A DNA stretch of 64,000 nt from Planctomycetota bacterium. GTDB lineage: Bacteria > Planctomycetota > UBA1135 > UBA2386. The stretch covers positions 352,001 through 416,000 of the forward strand of contig OZ245838.1 of NCBI GenBank assembly GCA_965228735.1, in the 5' to 3' direction. How positions within the stretch are numbered: the first letter of the stretch is position 1; each line of letters starts with the position of its first letter. A program made the position numbers and the translations under genes. This document shows, piece by piece, positions 1-9,445 of the stretch. The notes under the pieces are model-generated. The model searched no databases. It was not told where the DNA came from and saw only the letters and a list, made by a program, of their open reading frames with translations.

Positions 1-1
1 G

Positions 2-607
2 CGTCGTGCGCGCTTCGAGAGCGGCGACTCGGACTGGGACGACGTGATCGCGCACCCGTACTGGCCCGTGGCGTTCGCGACCGCGTTCGACGATCTGCTG
101 CTCACGACGATGTTCGGGCCCGACGCCGTGCAACACGCCGTGCCCGGCAGCTACCCGGGCTACTTCCGGGCGCGGCTCGAGGCCGGACTCCGGGCCGACG
201 ATCGGGACCGGAACCCGTGGCTGCATCACGTGCTGCTGGGGCACTATCTCGACGATCCGCGGGCGTGGCCGCCGTTCCTGCAGCACCGGCCCGTCGACCT
301 CGCCGCGTTCGAGGTCATCGCCGGCACGCTGCTCGACGTCGAGGCGTTCGCGCCGTTCGACTTCGTCGATCTGTCGAACGTGCCGGACTGGCTGGCGGTT
401 GCCGATTGCCGCCGCCTCGCGGCTCGGCTCGGCGAACTCGCTCCGGGCGCGCGAATTCTCTGGCGTCAGCTCAACGATTCGCGGGACCTCGTCGGCCACG
501 AAGGTTTCGGCGAGCTGTTCGAGTGCTCGCAGACTCGGGATGCCGAGCTGACCGACCTCGAACGCAGCCTGTTCTACGACGAAGTGCACCTCGGAATACG
601 GCGATGA
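2..607 (+). CDS. DUF3419/BtaA-like SAM-dependent transferase family protein (5'-truncated by window edge)
   Basis: The frame is open from base 2. The C-terminal motifs FDFVDLSNVPDWL and LAPGARILWRQL resemble DUF3419 proteins. The stop overlaps the next ATG (ATGA). Confidence 0.65.
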   Translation, partial: RRARFESGDSDWDDVIAHPYWPVAFATAFDDLLLTTMFGPDAVQHAVPGSYPGYFRARLEAGLRADDRDRNPWLHHVLLGHYLDDPRAWPPFLQHRPVDLAAFEVIAGTLLDVEAFAPFDFVDLSNVPDWLAVADCRRLAARLGELAPGARILWRQLNDSRDLVGHEGFGELFECSQTRDAELTDLERSLFYDEVHLGIRR

Positions 608-1368
608 ACGCAACTCCCCACGGCACCGACCCAGCGCCGAACGGCGCGCTGTCCTCGGCGATCGACCAGATCCTCGCCGCGCATGCGCCGGCGGCGAACC
701 CGTACCTGCGTGCGCTCGAGGACGGCGGCCTCTCGCGCGAGGAGTTCGTCGAGACGCAGATGCAGTTCTACTACGCGGTCGTGTTCTTCAGCCGGCCGAT
801 GGCCGTGCTCGCGGCCAAGATTCCGAGCGCCGCGGTGCGCACCGAGATCCTGCGCAACGTCTGGGAGGAGCACGGTGAGGGCGACTCGCAGCAGCGGCAC
901 GGGGTCACGTTCCTCGAGCTGCTGCGGCGGCTCGACGGCAAGACCAAGGCCGACGTCGAGTCGCGCGTGCTCTGGCCCGAGGTGCGCGCGTTCAACACCA
1001 CGTTGATCGGCTGCTGCGCGCTCGACGACTGGGAGATCGGCGCCGGGTGTCTCGGCATCATCGAGCGCATGTTCGTGGACATCTCCGCGTGGATCGGTCG
1101 TCACATCGCGGCGCGCGGGTGGCTGCCGCTCGACCGGGTCGTGCACTACTCGGTGCACGAGAAGCTCGACGTCCGGCACAGCGACGACTTCTTCGCCGTG
1201 CTGCAGCCGCAGTGGGACGCGGACCCGCGGGCGCGCTATCGCATCGAGCAGGGGCTGCGGCTCGGCGCCTACGTCTTCGACCGGCTCTATCGCGACCTGT
1301 TCGGCGCGCGCACGCGGCGCGAGCAGAGCACCGTCGAACGGCCGCAGCCGCACGTCTACGCCGAGTGA
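604..1368 (+). CDS. Heme-oxygenase-like diiron enzyme (iron-containing redox enzyme; CADD/PqqC/TenA fold)
   Basis: ATG 604 overlaps the upstream stop. Candidate metal-ligand motifs are NVWEEHGEG..H, IIERMF and HYSVHEKLDVRH. Confidence 0.8.
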   Translation: MNATPHGTDPAPNGALSSAIDQILAAHAPAANPYLRALEDGGLSREEFVETQMQFYYAVVFFSRPMAVLAAKIPSAAVRTEILRNVWEEHGEGDSQQRHGVTFLELLRRLDGKTKADVESRVLWPEVRAFNTTLIGCCALDDWEIGAGCLGIIERMFVDISAWIGRHIAARGWLPLDRVVHYSVHEKLDVRHSDDFFAVLQPQWDADPRARYRIEQGLRLGAYVFDRLYRDLFGARTRREQSTVERPQPHVYAE

Positions 1369-2162
1369 GCGGGGCCGTCGTGCGCCGGGTCGAGGCCGCG
1401 GAGATCGCGGCTCGGCAGCTCGAGTTCGCGGCGTTCGAGCGGGAGTTCGTCTATCCGCTCGGTGACGACGCGTTCTGGATCGACCACGGCCGCGACTACC
1501 TCGCGTTCTTCACCGGGCTGGGCTCGCCCGACGTGTGGATCGCGGAACGCGACGGGCAGCTGATCGGCGTGGCCGTCGCCGTGTTGCGGCGGCTGCCGCA
1601 TCCCGTGGGCTACGTCTGCGACCTCAAGGTGCGGCGTGGTGTTCCCGAACGTGGGCTCGTGCGGCGCCTGCTCGCCGGGGTGCTCGGTCCGCTGCGGGCT
1701 GCGTCGACGCCGGGGTTCGGCGTATCGATGAATCCGGCGACCGGCGGCAATCGGCTGACGCGGGTCGCGCGACGCATCGTGGGGGCCGGGCTGCGCGACG
1801 GGCCGCAACTCGGGATCTGGTCGCTCACGTTCGACGAGTGGCAGCAGGTCCGGGCCGAGGTCGAGGGCGCGCTCGGGACGATCACGTGGCTCGACCCGGC
1901 GGGAACGAAGGACATCGTGCTGCGATCGACGGGCCGGCCGATGCCGCTCCTGCACGCGCAACACGGCCCGTTCTCGCGGCCGGACGGCAGTGCGACCGCG
2001 GCACCGCGACCGGACGCGGTCCACATGCTCTGCCTGCCGCTCGCCGACCCGCTCGCGACGGCGCTCGCAGAGCGGGTTCCGAGCCGCCCAGCGACGGCCT
2101 CGGTCCTGCACGTGGGCATGGCCGATTTCCCGTGGCAGCACCTGCTCACGAGTGACATCTGA
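1365..2162 (+). CDS. GNAT-fold acyltransferase-like protein
   Basis: GTGA overlap with the upstream stop. VWIAERDGQLIGVAVAVLR..GYVCDLKVRR..RGLVRRLL is a GNAT-like core. Confidence 0.65.
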   Translation: MSGAVVRRVEAAEIAARQLEFAAFEREFVYPLGDDAFWIDHGRDYLAFFTGLGSPDVWIAERDGQLIGVAVAVLRRLPHPVGYVCDLKVRRGVPERGLVRRLLAGVLGPLRAASTPGFGVSMNPATGGNRLTRVARRIVGAGLRDGPQLGIWSLTFDEWQQVRAEVEGALGTITWLDPAGTKDIVLRSTGRPMPLLHAQHGPFSRPDGSATAAPRPDAVHMLCLPLADPLATALAERVPSRPATASVLHVGMADFPWQHLLTSDI

Positions 2163-2222
2163 GATCCTCGGGCCGATCCGGCCGTTGCGGGAAGGAACGG
2201 GCGGTCCGCTCGTCGAACGCGC

Positions 2223-3230
2223 ATGACCTGCTCCGCGCTGGTTCGTTCGTTCGTGCTCGCCGCCGCCGCCGGGCTCGCGGCGTGCTGTTCGGAGCACGCG
2301 GTCACCCGTCCCGCGGTGCGGCCGGTCGCACCGCCGGAGTCCGTGGATCCGCTGCCGATGTCCGGGCGATCTGCTGCGGTCGACCCGGGGATCACCGAAC
2401 CCGCGACCGCCGGGCACGCGGGTGAGCCGGTGGTCGGCGAGCCCCGACGCGTCACGGCCGCGATGTGCGAACGCCATCTCGAGTCGATCCGCGCCCGGAT
2501 CCCGGCCGGGTTCACGACGCGCATCGAACCGCCGTTCGTCGTGCTCGGTGACGGCGGTGCTGCAGCGGTCGCGCGCAGCAGCCGCAGCACGGTGCGGTGG
2601 GCGGTGAACCTCCTGCGCGGGGACTTCTTCCGCGACGATCCCGAACGGCCGCTCGAGGTCTGGTTGTTCGACGGCAAGGCGAGCTACCGCAAGCACACGC
2701 GCATGCTCTGGAACGAGCAGCCGACGACGCCGTTCGGCTACTACAGCCGCCGGCACGGCGTGCTCGTGATGAACATCGCGACCGGCGGCGGCACGCTCGT
2801 GCACGAGATCGTGCACCCGTTCGTCGAGGCCAACGTCCCGGACTGCCCCGCGTGGCTCAACGAGGGGCTCGGTTCGCTGTTCGAACAATGTCACGAACAG
2901 GACGGTCGGATCCGCGGTCTGCTCAACTGGCGGCTCGACGGACTGCAGGACGCGATCGCTGCCGAACGCACGATCTCGATCGCGGAGCTCGTCACGACCA
3001 CGGATGGCGAGTTCTACGGCGAACGTTCGGGGCTGCACTACGCGATGGCCCGCTACCTGCTCTACTGGCTGCAGGAACGCGGCCAGCTGCGCGCGTTCTG
3101 GCGCGACTGGTTGCGCACGCGTGAGCGCGACCGCAGCGGCATCGCCGCACTGCGCCGCGCGCTCGGGGAGAGCGATCTCGCGTCGTTCCAGTCGCGGTGG
3201 GAGCGCTGGCTCGCCGGGCTGCGGCGCTAG
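2223..3230 (+). CDS. Exported zinc metallopeptidase-like protein (gluzincin; DUF1570/peptidase MA-like), probable lipoprotein
   Basis: Lipobox-like GLAACC. HEIVH followed by PAWLNEGLG. Confidence 0.75.
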   Translation: MTCSALVRSFVLAAAAGLAACCSEHAVTRPAVRPVAPPESVDPLPMSGRSAAVDPGITEPATAGHAGEPVVGEPRRVTAAMCERHLESIRARIPAGFTTRIEPPFVVLGDGGAAAVARSSRSTVRWAVNLLRGDFFRDDPERPLEVWLFDGKASYRKHTRMLWNEQPTTPFGYYSRRHGVLVMNIATGGGTLVHEIVHPFVEANVPDCPAWLNEGLGSLFEQCHEQDGRIRGLLNWRLDGLQDAIAAERTISIAELVTTTDGEFYGERSGLHYAMARYLLYWLQERGQLRAFWRDWLRTRERDRSGIAALRRALGESDLASFQSRWERWLAGLRR

Positions 3231-3273
3231 ACGATGCAGAGGGGCCCCTCGACACCATCCAGGGCTGCCTCGG

Positions 3274-3678
3274 TCAGCGACGGTCGCGCCCGAGTCCGCG
3301 ACCGACGAGCGTCGCGGCCTTGCGCGCGGACGAGCCGGAGAGGTCTTCGATCGACACGAAGTCGGCCATCGGGGGCGCGAACACCTCGACCCACGGTCGG
3401 ATGCGCGACACGGAGTGATCGGTGATGCCGCCCGACGGTCGGTAGGAAACGCGCAGCACGACGTCGTCCTGGGGCAGCCTCTCGAAGTCGTACTCGATGC
3501 GGAACATCTGGCCCTTCACCGGTGTGAGCGGGTCGAGGGTGATGCGCGGCAGTCGGCCCTCGTCATCACCGAGCGCGCCCGTGCCGAAGCCGGCGCACGC
3601 CGCGGTCAGGCCGAGTGTCACTGCCGATAGCGTGAGGGCGAGCGTGCGCCGGGGGCGCTGACGAGCGATGCCGAACAT
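3274..3678 (-). CDS. Hypothetical lipoprotein
   Basis: Signal peptide with LTAAC lipobox. TAGCAT lies 6 nt upstream of the ATG. Confidence 0.55.
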   Translation of the reverse strand: MFGIARQRPRRTLALTLSAVTLGLTAACAGFGTGALGDDEGRLPRITLDPLTPVKGQMFRIEYDFERLPQDDVVLRVSYRPSGGITDHSVSRIRPWVEVFAPPMADFVSIEDLSGSSARKAATLVGRGLGRDRR

Positions 3679-3894
3679 CGGAGCATGCTACGGGTGCGGC
3701 CCTGTGGGGCGCCAGCGTCATGCCGACCGGTCGCGGGCGTCGAGGGTTACGGCGCGCGTCGCAGTTGCCTGCACGGAGCTGTTGCAGGAGCGAGCCGCAC
3801 GTGTTGCAGCCGCTCGACCGCGGTGGAGGCGAGGCCCGGCGCACCGAACTCCTGACCGAGTTCCCCGATGCGTCGGGCCCCGCATTCTGACGAG

Positions 3895-6660
3895 TCAGCG
3901 CGTCAGCGCCTGGAACCGCGGTTCGTCGCGGATCGCGTCGAACGCGGTGCTCGCGACCTTCAAGCGGTGACCGGCGGCGCAGGCCTGTTCGAGCCAGGTG
4001 AGCGCACGTTCTCTCAGGTCCGGTCGTGATCCGAGGTCCGGCTGCCGGAGCAGGCCGGTGGCGGCGAGCACGCGCCAGTCCGGCGGGATCTCGAGTTCGC
4101 CGAGCTTCAGCGCCGCCTGCTCGAGCTTCTCCCAGCGGTGGTTCTGCATCGTGAACGCGCAGAGCAACCGCAGGTTGAACGCGAGGAGTCGGCCGCTCTC
4201 GGGGTGCTTCGGATCGGTCCGCAGCACCCGTTCGACGTCGTCTACGGCGCCGGTCGCGAGTTCGATCGCGGGTTCCCAGTCACCGCGTCGCGCGAGCAGG
4301 AGCGCGAGGTTGCCGCGGGCGCCGCTGCGCAGCTTGGGCACCTCGGGGACCTCCGGGTAGCGGGCAACGAGTTGGTCGAGCAGCTCGATGGCCGCGCGCG
4401 CCGCGGTGATCGCGTCGGCATCTTGGCGCTGCTGCTGGGCGATGCTCGACCGTTCGTTGAGGGCGAGCGCGCGCGCGAACGCCGGCGTCGGCCAGCCGGT
4501 CCGCACGGCCGCATCGGCCGGCGGCAGCGAGTCGAGCATGGCGTCGTTCGCCGCCGTCGCCTCGGCGAACCGTTTCGTGTTCTTCAGGAAGCGGACGAGG
4601 TTGAGCCGGGCGGTCGCGTGACGCGCTGCGTAGGGCGCTCCGGCCGCCGACGGGTTCGTCGACGCGTCGGCCGAAGCGTCGGCCGGCGAGGCGGTCGCGG
4701 TTGGGTCGCCGTGCGCATGTCCCGGCGCGATCGCCGGGGTCGGTGCGGCGGTCGCGCCGGGGCTCGCCGCGGCCGGCCGTCCGATCTGCGCGGCGATGGC
4801 GACGGCCCGGCGCTGTGCGGCTTCGGCGGCCTCGACGTCCCGGCGTTCGAGCGCCGGGCGTACGCGGTTGCCCGCGAGCTGACTCAGGAGGCCGAGGACG
4901 TGGTCGCGTTGGTTCGGCACGTCGATGGCAAGTTCGAGATCGGTCTCCGCCGCTTCGATCTCGGCCTCGATGCCGTCCAGATCGCCGTGATCGAGTCGGA
5001 TCGCGATGAGCCGGGCGCGCGCCATGCCGCGGAGCATGGCCTGGAACCCGCGGAGGTCGCCGTCGCCGAGCGCGGCGAGCACCTGCTCGCAGTGCTCGAC
5101 CGCGCGTTCGATCTCGTTCAGGTGGCCCGCGTTCTCGGCGAGTTGGCAGTGGGTGCGCAGATACAGCAACCGCGCTTCGGCGCCATGAACGGGATCGTCG
5201 GTCAGGTCTTCGAGCAGGACCAGCGCGTCCTCGAATAGACGCGTCGTGATCCGAATGGCGCCGCGGTTCCGCAGCTGGTCGGCGCCGACATCGGCGAGCA
5301 GCCGGCGCACCGCGTCGATCGTCGTCTTCGTCCGGTCGTTCGCCCGTTCGATCTGCGCCTGCAACGCCGCGTTGGAACGGGACTGCTGCCACGCGAACAC
5401 GCCGAGCGCGCCGATCCCGACGACGATGCTCGCGGCAACGGCCGTGGAGAACGCCGCGTGGCGCTGCGTGAAGCGCCGCAGCCGGATTCGGATCGGCAGG
5501 CGGCGGGCCTGGATCGGTCGGCTGTCGAGCACGGCCTGCAGATCGTCCGCGAACGCCTCGGCGTCCTGGTAGCGCCGGCCGCGATCGACATCCAATGCAC
5601 ACTCGAGCACGAGGCGCAGCTCCGGCGGCAGGTCGCGGCGACCGCGCAGGCCGTCGGGGTTGCCGGCCAGCAGGCGCTGGCGCAGCAGGTCACCCTCGAG
5701 CTCGGGAAACGGCCGTCCGAGCGCGAGCAGCGAGTAGAGCGTGACCGCGAGGCCGTAGATATCGGTCCGTTCGTCCGCCGGTTCGCCGCGCAACTGTTCG
5801 GGCGCCATGTAGGCCGGCGAGCCGGCCGTCGTGCCCGTCCGCGTGACACGGTCGTCGCCGCGCGCGTGGGCGAGGCCGAAGTCGAGGACGATCGCCTCGC
5901 CGCTCGGCGTGAACATCAGGTTGGATGGCTTGAGGTCGCGGTGCAGCACGCCGCGCGCGTGCGCGTGGCGGATCGCCAGCGCGGCGCCACGAATGAGGCG
6001 GACCGCCGCCTGCCAGTATGGGCCCGCGAAGACCGCGGCGGCGCGCGCCTCATCGACGTCGGTGCCGTCCTGGTTGCCGCTGACGATGGCGCGCAGATCG
6101 CTGCCCGTGAGCGCGCCCGGTGAGCGACCCCGCAACGCCGCGAGGATGCGTTCGCCGCTGCAGCCGCGCAGTCGCGGCATCACGTACCACGGCACGCCGT
6201 CGCTCGCGCCACGCGCGAGGATCGGCACGATCCCCGGGTGGTCCATGCGCGCGACGGCGTCGATCTCGCGGCGGAAGCGTTCGCGCGCGCCCTCGAAGAG
6301 CAGGAACTCGGGCCGCACGACCTTCAGCGCGACCTCGCGGCCGAGCGAGTCCTGCTCGGCCAGGTAGACGACGCCCATGCCGCCGGCGCCGAGCTGCGAC
6401 TTGATCGTGTACTCGCCGAGGCGTTCGGGACACTCGGTGTTGGTCGGCGCGGTGACGCGGTCGAAGTCCGCGACGTGGCCGAGCGCGTCGCGCAGCGCGG
6501 CCGCGTGCTCGGGGTGGGCGGCGATGACGTCGAGCAGGCCGTCCTTGCCGGTGTCGTCGAGGCGTTCGAGGGCCTTCGCGAGGACGTCCTCGAGGCCTTC
6601 GGCGGGGCGTTTCGCCTGTTCGCCGGAGTCGTCAGCTGGATCCGCGGGTCGGGAACTCAT
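3895..6660 (-). CDS. Membrane Ser/Thr protein kinase with C-terminal TPR-like domain
   Basis: LGAGGMGVVY, VALKV, HRDLKPSN, DFGLA and GSPAYMAPEQ motifs, then one TM helix and helical repeats. Confidence 0.93.
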   Translation of the reverse strand: MSSRPADPADDSGEQAKRPAEGLEDVLAKALERLDDTGKDGLLDVIAAHPEHAAALRDALGHVADFDRVTAPTNTECPERLGEYTIKSQLGAGGMGVVYLAEQDSLGREVALKVVRPEFLLFEGARERFRREIDAVARMDHPGIVPILARGASDGVPWYVMPRLRGCSGERILAALRGRSPGALTGSDLRAIVSGNQDGTDVDEARAAAVFAGPYWQAAVRLIRGAALAIRHAHARGVLHRDLKPSNLMFTPSGEAIVLDFGLAHARGDDRVTRTGTTAGSPAYMAPEQLRGEPADERTDIYGLAVTLYSLLALGRPFPELEGDLLRQRLLAGNPDGLRGRRDLPPELRLVLECALDVDRGRRYQDAEAFADDLQAVLDSRPIQARRLPIRIRLRRFTQRHAAFSTAVAASIVVGIGALGVFAWQQSRSNAALQAQIERANDRTKTTIDAVRRLLADVGADQLRNRGAIRITTRLFEDALVLLEDLTDDPVHGAEARLLYLRTHCQLAENAGHLNEIERAVEHCEQVLAALGDGDLRGFQAMLRGMARARLIAIRLDHGDLDGIEAEIEAAETDLELAIDVPNQRDHVLGLLSQLAGNRVRPALERRDVEAAEAAQRRAVAIAAQIGRPAAASPGATAAPTPAIAPGHAHGDPTATASPADASADASTNPSAAGAPYAARHATARLNLVRFLKNTKRFAEATAANDAMLDSLPPADAAVRTGWPTPAFARALALNERSSIAQQQRQDADAITAARAAIELLDQLVARYPEVPEVPKLRSGARGNLALLLARRGDWEPAIELATGAVDDVERVLRTDPKHPESGRLLAFNLRLLCAFTMQNHRWEKLEQAALKLGELEIPPDWRVLAATGLLRQPDLGSRPDLRERALTWLEQACAAGHRLKVASTAFDAIRDEPRFQALTR

Positions 6661-6802
6661 GGCTACGATCGAGACGGAGAGAGAGAGGGCCGCGGTCGGG
6701 GAGCGCCCGCCACTACGAGGAGGAAGCGTCCGGACGCCGCGCGATTCTCATCGGATTCGGCCCTTTTTGGCGGGGCCGTTCGCGGGTGTGCCCGCGCTGC
6801 CG

Positions 6803-7606
6803 TCAGAAGGAGACGATCGAGACCTCGGGGTCGGCATCGGGGTGTTGACCGATCAGCAGGTGCTCTGGCGTGCCGTCGATCTTCACGTAGTACGACGACT
6901 CCGCGTCGATCGCGTTCTTCACGGCGTTGGCGACGAACGTGCGGTCCCCGACCTCGAGCTCGAGCCCTTCGAGCTTGTACTCGAGCACCGTGCGCTCGGG
7001 CAGCACGCCGCGCGGGCCAACGGCGTGCTCGAGGATCTTCGCGTCGCCGGCGACGCCGAACATCGCGCCGTCCCAGCTCGCGCCGCCCGATCCCCCGATC
7101 TCCGTCGGCCCGACCTCGAACCACATGCCGAACATCTTCTGCGCGATCGCGCGCAGACGGAAGGGCTCCCGCGGCGCGGCGGCGGGCTTGGCCGTCGCGA
7201 CGAGCACCTTCGTGCCCCAGCTCGTGCCGCTGCCGTCCACGAGCGTGCACGACCGCAGCGCGGTCGGCAGCGTCTCCGGATCCGGCGCGCCATCGATCCC
7301 CGCGAGCACGACGAGCGGCACAGGGTTGCAATCCGTGCGCACGTTCTCGACCGCCATCGCGAGGGCGAACCGATGTCGCAGCTCACCGAGCTCCGCCGCG
7401 CCCGCGCCGATCACCCAGACGTCGGGGCGCGTGTCCTCCGCGAGATGGCGCGCCAGTTCGCACCATGCGAAGTCGTCGGGTGCGTCGATCCAGGGCGCGC
7501 CGGCGACGTCGAAGCCGGCCTGGTCGAGCGTTGCGACGGCGGGTTGCGGGGGCACTGCGTCATCGCCGAGCGCGAGCCACGTGAGCCACACGGTCTTCTT
7601 GGCCAT
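6803..7606 (-). CDS. Hypothetical protein, divergent from the sheath-like gene
   Basis: 267-aa ORF with globular composition. TAAGGT lies 6 nt upstream of the ATG. Confidence 0.75.
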   Translation of the reverse strand: MAKKTVWLTWLALGDDAVPPQPAVATLDQAGFDVAGAPWIDAPDDFAWCELARHLAEDTRPDVWVIGAGAAELGELRHRFALAMAVENVRTDCNPVPLVVLAGIDGAPDPETLPTALRSCTLVDGSGTSWGTKVLVATAKPAAAPREPFRLRAIAQKMFGMWFEVGPTEIGGSGGASWDGAMFGVAGDAKILEHAVGPRGVLPERTVLEYKLEGLELEVGDRTFVANAVKNAIDAESSYYVKIDGTPEHLLIGQHPDADPEVSIVSF

Positions 7607-7694
7607 CGCGGCACCTTACGGCGGGGGCTGCGGTTCGCCGCGTCCGAAATGTCTTCGGTGCGCGCGGGGATGCCCGACTACGGTGATGTGTGCG

Positions 7695-9425
7695 ATGAGC
7701 AGCGCACTCCCCGAACTGCGGCCGCAGCCGTTCCGCATCATGATCGTCGATGACCTCGTCGGCGATGGCCCGGCGCCGGAGCATCCGGTCGCGGTCGCGC
7801 CGTCCGGGCTCGACGACGCGATCGCCGCGCTGCGCGTGCGGCTCGCTCTCGAGGTGCCGAACCAGCTCGCGTCGAAACCGCGCGAACTCGCGGTGGAGCT
7901 GCGTTTCGAACGGCTGCGGGACTTCCGCTCCGGACGGCTCGCGGCGCAGGTGCCGGAGCTCGCCGCCGTGGGGCGGTTGCGCGAACGGCTCGTCGACCTG
8001 CGCGCGGGCCGAACGAGCGTGGCAGACGTCGAGCGTGGTCTCGACGAGGTCGCCGGCTTCGATCGACTCGGGCCGGCGCTCGCGTCGGCGTTCGGAGCGC
8101 CGCCCGCGGGAGCGAGCCCGACGACGCGCGATTCCGACGTGCCGGTGGACGGTGAGCAGCAGCTCGGCCGGGCGCTCCTCGACGAGTTGTTGGGTGGCGA
8201 ACACGAAGCGCCACCGCCCGCACCGCGAACGAACGACGCATCGGCGATCGACGACGCGATCGCGAACGTCGGTCGACGCGCGGACGCTGACGCTGGTGAT
8301 GTCGCTCGCGCGCTCGAACTCGTCGACGACCTCGTAGCGGCCCAGCTCCGCGAGATCCGTGCTGCGCCGCGCTTCGTGGCTCTCGAACGCGCATGGCGCA
8401 GCCTGCAGTTCCTGCTCCAGCACGTCGGGACGGATCGCAGCCCCGTGCGCGTCGAGCTCTGCGCCGCGACGCCGGAGTCGTTCGCCGAGCGATTCGATGC
8501 GCTCGTGGTGGGGCCCGAGATGCGCGGTGAAACGCCCGCGGCGCTCGCGCTGACGGTCGTTGGCTGGCCCTTTCACAACCGCGTGCCCGAGCTCGAGACC
8601 GTGCGCGCCGCGTGGCAGCAGTCCGAGGCCGTGCAGGCGCCGCTGCTGTGGTCGATGGCCGACTCGTTCCTCGGTGCCGAGGGTCTGGCGGCGCTCGCCG
8701 GGCGTGACTCGCTGGCCTCGGTCCTCGAGGGTGACGAGCTCACGAAGTGGCGCGGCGCGCGCGCCGACGATGCCGCGCGCTGGTCCGGCGCGTGCCTCAA
8801 CCCGTTCGTGCTGCGCGCGGCCGACGACGGCACGGTCGCGATGTTCGGCATGCCGAGCTACTTCGTCGCCGCACTCGTCGCGCGCAGTGTCGCCGAACGT
8901 GGTTGGCCAAGCGGCTTCGCCGGCGTTCGTGCCGGCGCGATCGCCGGCCTGCCCGTCGTCCGGGGGCGGGCCGTGGCGGCCGCGTTCACCGAAGCCAACG
9001 TTCGGGACCTCGCGGATGCGGGCATCCTCGCGCTCGCGGCCGTCCAGGGTCGCGACGAAGCGTTGCTCTGGTCCGCGCCGTCGAGCCACGCGCCGGCGAG
9101 GTTCGGCAACCGGGATCGGGAAAACCGCGAGAGCCGCCTGCGCAGCACGCTGGCCTACCAGCTCGTCGCGGCCCGGATCGCGGAGACCACGCTCGCGCAC
9201 CAGGCCGCGCTCCTCTTCGACGGCGAGACCCGCCGGCCGGACGATGAGGTCGCGGGGCGTTTCGAGGCGTTCTTCCGCGCGCTCCTGAGCGACACGGGCA
9301 GCGGTGCAGGCGCCGACGTGCGGGTCGAGCGCGAGTCGGATCGCGCGGAGCTGCATTGTGAGGTGCGCGTGGGGGACGCCGTGCTCGATGGCGCGATCAT
9401 CGAATTCGCGCTGCCGCTCGATTGA
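7695..9425 (+). CDS. Type VI secretion contractile-sheath-like protein, TssB(VipA)-TssC(VipB) fusion
   Basis: The N-terminal PFRIMIVDDL..LALEVPNQL..LAVELRFERLRDF..QVPEL is TssB-like. The later VDDLVAAQLREIRAAPRFVALERAWRSLQFLL is TssC-like. Start is 7695 or 7686. Confidence 0.8.
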   Translation: MSSALPELRPQPFRIMIVDDLVGDGPAPEHPVAVAPSGLDDAIAALRVRLALEVPNQLASKPRELAVELRFERLRDFRSGRLAAQVPELAAVGRLRERLVDLRAGRTSVADVERGLDEVAGFDRLGPALASAFGAPPAGASPTTRDSDVPVDGEQQLGRALLDELLGGEHEAPPPAPRTNDASAIDDAIANVGRRADADAGDVARALELVDDLVAAQLREIRAAPRFVALERAWRSLQFLLQHVGTDRSPVRVELCAATPESFAERFDALVVGPEMRGETPAALALTVVGWPFHNRVPELETVRAAWQQSEAVQAPLLWSMADSFLGAEGLAALAGRDSLASVLEGDELTKWRGARADDAARWSGACLNPFVLRAADDGTVAMFGMPSYFVAALVARSVAERGWPSGFAGVRAGAIAGLPVVRGRAVAAAFTEANVRDLADAGILALAAVQGRDEALLWSAPSSHAPARFGNRDRENRESRLRSTLAYQLVAARIAETTLAHQAALLFDGETRRPDDEVAGRFEAFFRALLSDTGSGAGADVRVERESDRAELHCEVRVGDAVLDGAIIEFALPLD

Positions 9426-9445
9426 TCCGCGTATCGTAACCGCGC

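Noticed and set aside
6671..6688. Short (GA)n tract upstream of the kinase
   Set aside because: Only about five units, too short to argue for phase variation.
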